Positions 48,471-55,636 of a DNA stretch of 64,000 nt are shown one piece after another. A program made the translations under genes and the position numbers. Location: assembly GCA_038060895.1 (NCBI GenBank), contig JBBTCT010000012.1, positions 62,200-126,199 of the forward strand, read 5' to 3'. The first letter of the stretch is position 1, and every line of letters begins with the position of its first letter. This DNA is from Planctomycetota bacterium. Its GTDB lineage: Bacteria > Planctomycetota > MHYJ01 > WSZJ01. The notes under the pieces are model-generated. The model had not been told where the DNA came from, did not search any database, and saw only the letters and a program-made list of their open reading frames with translations.

Positions 48471-49715
48471 TCAAATCACCATTCTCTCCGGATCTTCCCG
48501 CTTCTCGTTTTTCAGCAGCGGTTCCAGCGCGAGCGCCCTCAGGTCAATCGTCGCTTTGCGTTGCAGAATCAGGTCGGCCACGATCCGCCCGGTCGCAGGC
48601 GCGTGCATCACTCCGTGCCCGCTGAAGCCGGTCGCGTGGATCAGGCCCTTCACGCGCGGATCAGGAGACAGGATCGCCTTTTCGTCCGGGCTCACCTCGT
48701 AGTACCCGCAGCTGACGTGGTCGAGACCCGCCTTTTCACCCAACATCGGAATCCAATCCGCCATCTTCAGCAGTACCTCGAATCCGTAGTCGTTCTCGCC
48801 GATCCCGAACCCCGCTTCAATGTCGTCGTTCAATTTCGTCGTATCGATATCCGGAACCGGAAAGCGGTCCCAGCCGTCCGGCTTCCTCGGTTTCAGATCC
48901 CAACCCATCATCAGCCCGTTCATCTCCGGGCGGCCGTAGACTTCGAGGTCGAGAACCGTCAGCGGCCATTTCGACACGCCGTGGCCGTAGATCTGGTTCG
49001 TGAAGTAGAGATACCGCTTCACGGGCGTCACCGGGATCGGACATCCGGCCATCTTCGCGAGGTTGTTCGCCCAGGGTCCCGCGGCGTTCACGACGGTAGT
49101 GCACCCGATCCGGTGCTGGCCGCCCACGATGACAGCCGTCACCCCGCCGCCGGCGACCTCAATGGCCGTGACGGGCGAATACTGGAGAAGCGTCGCCCCC
49201 TTCGTCACCGCCGCGTCCAGGTACGTCGAAGCGACGAGATCCGGCTTCAGGAATCCGTCATGCGGGCACCACGAGGCGCCCTTCAGCTCCGGGTGGTCGA
49301 TCCACGGGAATTTCTCGCGCACCTGTGCCGCGGTGAGCATCGCGACGTCGGGCACTCCGTGGGCGAGCTGGAATGCGACGCGCGATGAAGCGGCGTCGGC
49401 GGCGTCCTGTTCGCTCCACAGGAAGAGGTAACCGTTCTGCGAGAAGACTTCCTCGCAGGCGAACTGCTTCGAGAATTCCCGGTACTCGCGTCCTGAGAGA
49501 AGCGACATTTCGATGTTCGAGAGCGAGGAGAACTGGTGCCGGAACGCGGCGGCGCTTCGGGCGGTCGATCCACCGGCGCGCGGTCCGGCGTCCAGGACGG
49601 CGACGCGGAGCTTCGAGTCGCGGACGAGATTCCAGGCGGAGGAAGCGCCGCTGATGCCGGCGCCGACGATGACGACATCGACTTCCTTCGGGTAGACGCG
49701 ATTGATGCCGGACAT
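48471..49715 (-). CDS. FAD-dependent oxidoreductase (DAO/sarcosine oxidase beta family)
   Basis: VVIVGAGISG, STARSAA, VVNAAGPW, ATGFSGHGVMHAP. Confidence 0.88.
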   Translation of the reverse strand: MSGINRVYPKEVDVVIVGAGISGASSAWNLVRDSKLRVAVLDAGPRAGGSTARSAAAFRHQFSSLSNIEMSLLSGREYREFSKQFACEEVFSQNGYLFLWSEQDAADAASSRVAFQLAHGVPDVAMLTAAQVREKFPWIDHPELKGASWCPHDGFLKPDLVASTYLDAAVTKGATLLQYSPVTAIEVAGGGVTAVIVGGQHRIGCTTVVNAAGPWANNLAKMAGCPIPVTPVKRYLYFTNQIYGHGVSKWPLTVLDLEVYGRPEMNGLMMGWDLKPRKPDGWDRFPVPDIDTTKLNDDIEAGFGIGENDYGFEVLLKMADWIPMLGEKAGLDHVSCGYYEVSPDEKAILSPDPRVKGLIHATGFSGHGVMHAPATGRIVADLILQRKATIDLRALALEPLLKNEKREDPERMVI

Positions 49716-49761
49716 GGCCGGATTGTAGGGGGCGCCCGCGCGAGGCGCGAACGTTGGAGCG

Positions 49762-50307
49762 TTACTTCCGCGGTTTCCACTCCACTTCCGGAACACCGGC
49801 GGCGTGGTTCACGTAGCGGGCTGCGACGAAGAGCGCATCGGCGAGCCGGTTGATGTAGACGACGGCATCGATGCACGGCGGGTGAGTTTTCTTGAGGGTG
49901 ACGACGGCGCGCTCGGCGCGGCGTGAAATGGTGCGGGCGAGGTGAAGAGCCGCGCCGGCGGGCGAGCCGCCGGGAAGGATGAAGTTTCTGAGCGCGGGGA
50001 GGTGACTCTCCATGGTGTCGATCCACTTTTCGAGGGCAGGGACGCGGGCCGGATCGACGCGCATGCGGCCTGGTGCGTCCTGGCGCGGGTCGGCGAGGTC
50101 GGCGCCGAGGGCGAAGAGGTCGTTCTGGATCAGGGTGATTTCAGCATCCGTTTCGGGGGGTAGACCGGCAGAGCGAACGACGCCGAGTGCGGCGTTGAGT
50201 TCATCGACGATGCCGTAAGCGTCGATGCGCGGGTCGTCCTTGGGGACGCGCGCGCCGCCGATGAGGCCGGTGGTACCGGTATCCCCGGTGCGTGTGTAGA
50301 TCTTCAT
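49762..50307 (-). CDS. PduO-type cob(I)alamin adenosyltransferase
   Basis: KIYTRTGDTGTTGL, YGIVDELN, FILPGG, RRAER, NRLAD. Confidence 0.92.
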   Translation of the reverse strand: MKIYTRTGDTGTTGLIGGARVPKDDPRIDAYGIVDELNAALGVVRSAGLPPETDAEITLIQNDLFALGADLADPRQDAPGRMRVDPARVPALEKWIDTMESHLPALRNFILPGGSPAGAALHLARTISRRAERAVVTLKKTHPPCIDAVVYINRLADALFVAARYVNHAAGVPEVEWKPRK

Positions 50308-50424
50308 CGAAGCAGGACTCCGAAGTGGAAGCTGAGAGAGTGTATGGGGCGGTGATAACGGAGCAAAGGGTGGAGGGTCAAGGGCCCTCGTCCTTGCCGT
50401 TGCTTTCGAATGATTTCGCGACGG

Positions 50425-50444
50425 GTGTCCGTATTTTCGGACAC
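50425..50444. promoter_or_regulatory. palindromic upstream activator site (putative bEBP enhancer)
   Basis: GTGTCCG-N6-CGGACAC, about 65 nt upstream of the sigma54 box. Confidence 0.5.
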
Positions 50445-50507
50445 TGCGCGACCCGCGCTGAATTTCATAACTCCTTACATAATCAAATCTTACGAATTCT
50501 CATGGTC

Positions 50508-50522
50508 TGGCACACGCCTTGC
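50508..50522 (+). promoter_or_regulatory. sigma54 -24/-12 promoter
   Basis: TGGCAC-ACGCC-TTGC, canonical spacing. Confidence 0.75.
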
Positions 50523-50582
50523 GATACTCCCTTCCGTCTTCCAAACAACAAACGCAACAACAACGAACTAAAGGAGACTCAG

Positions 50583-51161
50583 ATGAAAACGCTCATCGCA
50601 ATCTTCAGCACCGCCGCCCTGATGTTCAGCATCGGATCCAGCGAAGCCAGCGCCGAAAACTTCTTCAAGAAGGTCAGCAGGGGAATCAAGAAGGCCCACG
50701 AACGCCACGTCGACATCCTGGAGGACGCCCACGATCGTCACGTCGACATCCTCCGCCACGGCGCCCGGATCTACGCCGGTCAGCGCGGCTACGGCGCCGG
50801 TTGCGGGCGCTACGAGACGGTCGAGGTCCAGAACTGGGTTCCCGGATACGAGACGATCGAGTACGTCGAAGTCCACGAGCCCGGCCACTACGAGTTCCGC
50901 CGTGTCACCGAGATCGTCACGCCGGCCCGTTGCGAAAGGTTCTACGTCGCCCCGGTCTTCCGGATCGAACGTGATCACTGCGGCAACCAGGTCAGGATCA
51001 TGGTGAAGGCCGGTTACTGGACGACCCGCGAGATCCCCGCGGTGACCTGCACGAAGACGGTGAAGTTCTGGGTCGAAGGCGAGTGCAAGCGGGTGGCGAA
51101 GCGGGTTTGCGTCCCCGGGCACTACGAAACGAAGTGCGTGCGGGTGTGGGTGTGCGACTAA
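50583..51161 (+). CDS. secreted His/Cys-rich protein with WVPG/PGHY beta-hairpin repeats
   Basis: AAGGAG RBS, signal peptide, AH(E/D)RHVDIL x2, WVPGYE/EPGHYE/VPGHYE, 8 Cys. Confidence 0.85.
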   Translation: MKTLIAIFSTAALMFSIGSSEASAENFFKKVSRGIKKAHERHVDILEDAHDRHVDILRHGARIYAGQRGYGAGCGRYETVEVQNWVPGYETIEYVEVHEPGHYEFRRVTEIVTPARCERFYVAPVFRIERDHCGNQVRIMVKAGYWTTREIPAVTCTKTVKFWVEGECKRVAKRVCVPGHYETKCVRVWVCD

Positions 51162-51187
51162 GAAAGTACGACGCTCGCTGAACAACG

Positions 51188-51223
51188 GAAGGGAGGCCGA
51201 TGAGGCCTCCCTTCTTACGTTTT
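51188..51223 (+). terminator. rho-independent terminator
   Basis: GAAGGGAGGCC/GGCCTCCCTTC stem with T-rich tail. Confidence 0.75.
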
Positions 51224-51354
51224 GGGAGCCAACAGCAGGGGCTTGGGAAGTGGCGGGTTTGGGATGGGGCAAGAGCCAGGGCGAATCCCGGGCTGCCTCA
51301 TCCCCAGCCCAAGCCCCCCCGTCACAATCCCGCTTTCCCCGATCCCCTGCCGTC

Positions 51355-52860
51355 CTAGGCAGTCTTACTTCTATCCGCCAGCCTGAACACCTCCATCACC
51401 TCTTCCGCTGTCGCCGCCGTCATCAGCTTCTCCCTCAGGTAGTCACTGAGCAGCAGCGACGATATTTTCTCCAGGATGTGCAGGTGCGCGCCCTCATCGT
51501 GCGGCGGCGAGAGAATCAGGAAAACGAGGTTGACCGGCTTCCCGTCAATCGACTGGAAGTCCAGCCCCTTCGAAGCGCGCCCAAGCGCCGCGGCCGGCCG
51601 CACCAATCCTTCGACTCGTCCGTGCGGGATCGCCACGCCCATGCCGAGACCCGTGGAGGCAAGCGCCTCACGTTTGAGCACGGCGGGAAGGGCCTTCGCC
51701 GGATCGACGTCGTTCCGCGCCCTGGCGACGCCGAGAGCCAGTTGGCGGATGATGGACTCTTTCGTGCCGGGGAGCAGGTCGAGACAGACGGCCTCCGGCG
51801 CCACGATTTCCGAAAGGCGATAGTCCTTCACCTGTTCAAACTCGTCGCGAATCGTGCCCACTAATTCTTCCAGCACGTCCTCCATCGTTACGATTCCCGC
51901 GAATTGCCCGTCTTTCTCCACCGTCGCCAGGTGCGGGCCGCCCATCAGGAATCTCTTCAGCAGCTCTTCCACCGGCATTTCCGGCGTCACGCGCAGGACC
52001 GGCCGCGAGACCGCTTTCAGGTCAACGCTTCCGCTTCTCGCGATGGCCAGAGCGATGTCCTTGACGTGCACCTCTTTCTCGATGCGCGGTGCTGTGAGGG
52101 GATAGCGGGAGTGAAGGGTGTGCTCGATGACGTCGAGGTTTTCCTTCCAGGGTTTCGAAGGGTCCAGGAGGGCGGTTTTCGCGGCGGGGAGCATGACGTC
52201 CTCGACCTTCAGGGTTCCGAAGTCGAGCACGTTCTCCATCATGAGGAGGCGCGAAAGGGTGAACATTCCCTGGTCGTGAGACACGCCGAGGATCATCTTG
52301 AGTTCAGTTTCCGAGTGCGCCAGTTCGTGCGCGGAGCCCTGGGGAATTCCGAAGAGGCGGAGAACGAGGTTGGTGGCGCCGTTCAGGACCCACATGGCGG
52401 GATAGCACAGCGCGTGGAAGACGCGAAGGGGGCGGGCTATGGCAAGGGCGGCGGTTTCGGCGTTGCGGATGGCGAACAGTTTCGGGGCCTGCTCACCGAT
52501 GATGATGTGCAACGCCGTCAGCAAGGTGAACCCACCGGCGAACGCGACGGTGTGTATCACGGCTTCGCTGACCACACCGATTTTCTGGAGCAACGGCGCG
52601 AGGATGCGGGCGAATGCGGGTTCGCCGACCCATCCCAGGCCAAGAGAGGCCACCGTGATGCCGAGCTGGCACGTTGAGAGGTAGGCGTCGATCTTCGAGA
52701 GAATGGCCAGCGCGCTGCCCGCGGCGGCGCTGCCGGCTTCGGACAGTTCGCGGAGGCGAGTGGCGCGCACCTTCACGAGCGCGAACTCGGCGAGCACGAA
52801 GAATCCGTTGAGACCGATGAGAGCGGCGGCGATGCCGAGGTAGACGAGTTGAGAGGTCAT
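51355..52860 (-). CDS. CNNM/HlyC-CorC (DUF21 + CBS) protein fused to a PTS EIIA-2 domain
   Basis: NGFFVLAEFA, QLGIT, GEQAPK, HSRYP, GIVTMEDVLEELVG; C-terminal REALASTGLGMGVAIPHGR. Confidence 0.88.
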   Translation of the reverse strand: MTSQLVYLGIAAALIGLNGFFVLAEFALVKVRATRLRELSEAGSAAAGSALAILSKIDAYLSTCQLGITVASLGLGWVGEPAFARILAPLLQKIGVVSEAVIHTVAFAGGFTLLTALHIIIGEQAPKLFAIRNAETAALAIARPLRVFHALCYPAMWVLNGATNLVLRLFGIPQGSAHELAHSETELKMILGVSHDQGMFTLSRLLMMENVLDFGTLKVEDVMLPAAKTALLDPSKPWKENLDVIEHTLHSRYPLTAPRIEKEVHVKDIALAIARSGSVDLKAVSRPVLRVTPEMPVEELLKRFLMGGPHLATVEKDGQFAGIVTMEDVLEELVGTIRDEFEQVKDYRLSEIVAPEAVCLDLLPGTKESIIRQLALGVARARNDVDPAKALPAVLKREALASTGLGMGVAIPHGRVEGLVRPAAALGRASKGLDFQSIDGKPVNLVFLILSPPHDEGAHLHILEKISSLLLSDYLREKLMTAATAEEVMEVFRLADRSKTA

Positions 52861-52908
52861 TTTGAGGTGACCACAGGTTACCCGCTGTTTCGCGAACCCG
52901 CCCGGCCC

Positions 52909-54120
52909 TTACTCGTGTAAATCTTCGGGCGCAAGCACCCAGATCTTGCCTTCCCTGAATGAGATTTCCACCGGCGCGCCTTTTTTCATGATATCCACGA
53001 TCTCCTGCGCAGGTCGCTCGATGGCTTTGAACGTGTACCGCGCGGAGCGCCGGGCGGAACGCGGGTCGATCACGAGCGGCACACTCAGGGCGCGCGACAG
53101 CTCGTCGGACAGATCCCGGAGCGACACGTTCTCGCCACCGACGTTGACGAGCTTCTTCCAGAATTCCTTTTCGGCCTCGATCCGCCCCTTGCGCTCGTCC
53201 TCCCTCGACACCGCCTCCTTCTTCTCGACCTCCTCCTGCTCCTTCGACAGCACGATCACGGAGTCCTTCGTCACCGTAAACGTGTAAGACACCGGCTCCA
53301 GCGCCCTTCGAAGAAACGTGTCGAGAGACTCCCCTTCCAGGGGCGCCAGCGCAGGAAGAGCCGGCGGCCGCTCGGCCGGCCGCATGACGTAGTTCACTTC
53401 CGTCACCTGCGACAGGAACGAGAGAAGCGCCGGAATGTCCCCCGCCGGAATTCCCCTGGCAACGATCGCCGTGTCCCGCAACTTTTTCGCAAGCTCGGGC
53501 TCCCTCACCACGCCTGCGTTGCGGTCCTTCAGAACGGATTCCCTCGCCGCCCAGAGTTCCTTCAGGTCGAACCACGATGGCGGCGCATAGGACATCAGCT
53601 TGTCCAGCGGCATGATCCAGATCTCCCCGGACGCCGTCACGACCCACGCCAGATTCCCCGACTTTGTTATCAGTTCGAGCGCCGCCAGCGCCTCAATCTG
53701 CTCCGCCACGATCGTCTCAGAGGCCGATTCCGCCGCCGGATCCAGCTTCGCTTCCAGCCCGTACCGCTGCGACAGGTCGGCCAGGGCCTGGAGTAGCGGC
53801 AATCCGTCCCACTCGACGTCGACCTTTGTTGTCCGCCACTTCGCGATCGCCTTTTCCCGGACGGCCACGTACTCGCCCAGCGGAGTTTCCGGTGCGTTCG
53901 GGTCGAGCTGCGCCCCTTTCTCCAGGTCGGTTGTCTTGACGAGGCCCGCCTTGGACTTCTGGAAATCGCGCAGGCCGGTCCTGGATTTGGAAGCGCCGCC
54001 ATCCGCGGTTTCAGTCGCCTCGGGGTCGACGTCTTTCTTGCCGAAGCGGGCCTTGAGAATGACAAAGATGACGACGCCGAGAACGGCGCCGAGGAGGAGA
54101 AGAGGGAGGATGCGTTTCAT
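52909..54120 (-). CDS. hypothetical TM-anchored protein with repeated STN/secretin-N-like domains
   Basis: N-terminal TM helix; three VxVxxxxxxLxxxLxxLS-type segments; no barrel domain. Confidence 0.6.
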   Translation of the reverse strand: MKRILPLLLLGAVLGVVIFVILKARFGKKDVDPEATETADGGASKSRTGLRDFQKSKAGLVKTTDLEKGAQLDPNAPETPLGEYVAVREKAIAKWRTTKVDVEWDGLPLLQALADLSQRYGLEAKLDPAAESASETIVAEQIEALAALELITKSGNLAWVVTASGEIWIMPLDKLMSYAPPSWFDLKELWAARESVLKDRNAGVVREPELAKKLRDTAIVARGIPAGDIPALLSFLSQVTEVNYVMRPAERPPALPALAPLEGESLDTFLRRALEPVSYTFTVTKDSVIVLSKEQEEVEKKEAVSREDERKGRIEAEKEFWKKLVNVGGENVSLRDLSDELSRALSVPLVIDPRSARRSARYTFKAIERPAQEIVDIMKKGAPVEISFREGKIWVLAPEDLHE

Positions 54121-54199
54121 GCGGTGGGGGGCCCCATGTTAAACGACCGGAAGCGCGCATCGATGGAGCGGAACCTCTCTTCTCATCAGTCCGTATTCC

Positions 54200-54312
54200 T
54201 GAGCGCGCGGGGGATCCCGCGGGCCGGGCGGAGTCGGCCAGCGGACGCGAAGCGACTCAATTCTCCATTGCCGGCCGACGCAGCCTGAGCCGCGGGATCC
54301 TCCGCGCGCTCA
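54200..54312. repeat. 113-bp GC-rich inverted repeat (about 43-bp arms)
   Basis: TGAGCGCGCGGGGGATCCCGCGG pairs with CCGCGGGATCCTCCGCGCGCTCA; inner GTCGGCC/GGCCGAC. Confidence 0.8.
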
Positions 54313-55572
54313 CTCGCGCCTTTTCCAGAAAAACACGACCGAATCCTTCTGGAACGCCAATTGGAGCAATTCCCATCCCTGGCCGCCGCGTCGATTGACG
54401 ATGTCGAGGAATGTCTTCCGGGCGCGTCCGGCGATGAGGGCGAGGGCGTCGGCATCGGCGGGCGGCCGGTCTGGGGCGCAGAGCTGCTCGACCGTTTTCA
54501 CGCTCGCCTCGTAGACCCAGCGGCCGCCGGTATGGGCGAGGGGGCGGTCCATGATCTTGGTGTCGGTCGCCTGCGAGGGATCGCCGGGGATGCCCGAACG
54601 CCTGTCGGCGGGGTGGCCGACGAGGCGGGCGGTGGAGGGCGCCTTTTTCTTCGGTCCGGGCGAGGGCTCCGGGATCACCTGCGGCTGCTTCATGAGGTGC
54701 TGCTTATCCTCCGCAATCCAGGAGCCCGCCGAAGGCGACGGCGGCTTCGGCGCGACGTCCGCACCCATCGGAACCCAGCCTCCTCCAGGGGATGGCGCCG
54801 TCGCCGGCGGTTTCAGGTCACCGGGCACCGGCGTTTTAGGGTCGCTGATCTGCGGCGGCTGCCACCCAACCTCGCGGAACTTCTGCGACTTGTCGGGTTC
54901 CATCTGCTCCCATCCCGGTGGAAGAAGCTCGGTCTCGACTTCGCCCCGCGTTGCCCGATCCCCGGGCGCACCTTTCAACCGGTGCGCCGGCAGGTCGTGC
55001 GTCGAAATCGGTGAAATCTGCCCGACCGCCGCCTTCGCGGCCGCCACGCTCGGCCTCGGCGCGCCCTTCTTCTGAACTTCAAGCCAGGTCCACTTGCCGT
55101 CGCCGCGAAGAGACTCCAGCTGCTCCTTGATTGTCCGCAGGTGGCAGTCCTCGTCCGCGGCCAGCGCCGTCCAGTAGTCGCGCTCCTTCTGCGCTTTCGC
55201 CTTCGCCGCGAGCCCCAGGAACATCGTGTAGTTCGCGCGCTCGTTTTCCATCGCCGCGGCCAGCGCTTCCTGCTCGTTGAAATACGTGTTTGTCGAACGC
55301 TCCCAGGTGTCCTTTTTGTCCGAGAGTCCCGGGTCCGATTTCTCGTAGTCCGTCGAGGCGTAATCCACCCATGCTCCGGACGTATTGAGCGCGGCCTGCG
55401 CGCGGTCCATTTCCTCGAAGTGGTGCATTTCCCACGAAGCGAGCCGGCCGAAGAGGTCGCGGGCCTGCTTGTTGGACGCCTTGGAGCACGCGCCGGAGTA
55501 GGTGTGGAAGAGCGACTCGGCCCGTGCGCGGGCTTCTTCGATGGCCTTGAGGGTCTCTGGTGCGGTGGGCAT
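54310..55572 (-). CDS. rubrerythrin/ferritin-like domain + Pro-rich linker + small C-terminal DUF4177-like domain
   Basis: LASWEMHH and LAADEDCH ExxH helices; C-terminal GGQGWELLQ...FFWKR. Confidence 0.65.
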   Translation of the reverse strand: MPTAPETLKAIEEARARAESLFHTYSGACSKASNKQARDLFGRLASWEMHHFEEMDRAQAALNTSGAWVDYASTDYEKSDPGLSDKKDTWERSTNTYFNEQEALAAAMENERANYTMFLGLAAKAKAQKERDYWTALAADEDCHLRTIKEQLESLRGDGKWTWLEVQKKGAPRPSVAAAKAAVGQISPISTHDLPAHRLKGAPGDRATRGEVETELLPPGWEQMEPDKSQKFREVGWQPPQISDPKTPVPGDLKPPATAPSPGGGWVPMGADVAPKPPSPSAGSWIAEDKQHLMKQPQVIPEPSPGPKKKAPSTARLVGHPADRRSGIPGDPSQATDTKIMDRPLAHTGGRWVYEASVKTVEQLCAPDRPPADADALALIAGRARKTFLDIVNRRGGQGWELLQLAFQKDSVVFFWKRRE

Positions 55573-55636
55573 GCCGGGTAGGGGGGCTATTAAACGTCCG
55601 GGTGGTGGGGGGGGTCAAGGCGAGCCGCCCGGCGAC

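Noticed and set aside
44840-50307. Cobalamin riboswitch or B12 biosynthesis cluster
   Set aside because: Only isolated CbiX-like and PduO-type genes; I could not find a B12-box motif upstream.
54200-54312. SRP (4.5S) or 6S RNA
   Set aside because: Size resembles 4.5S but the conserved CAGG..GNRA..AGCAG motif is absent on both strands; too short for 6S and no central bubble.
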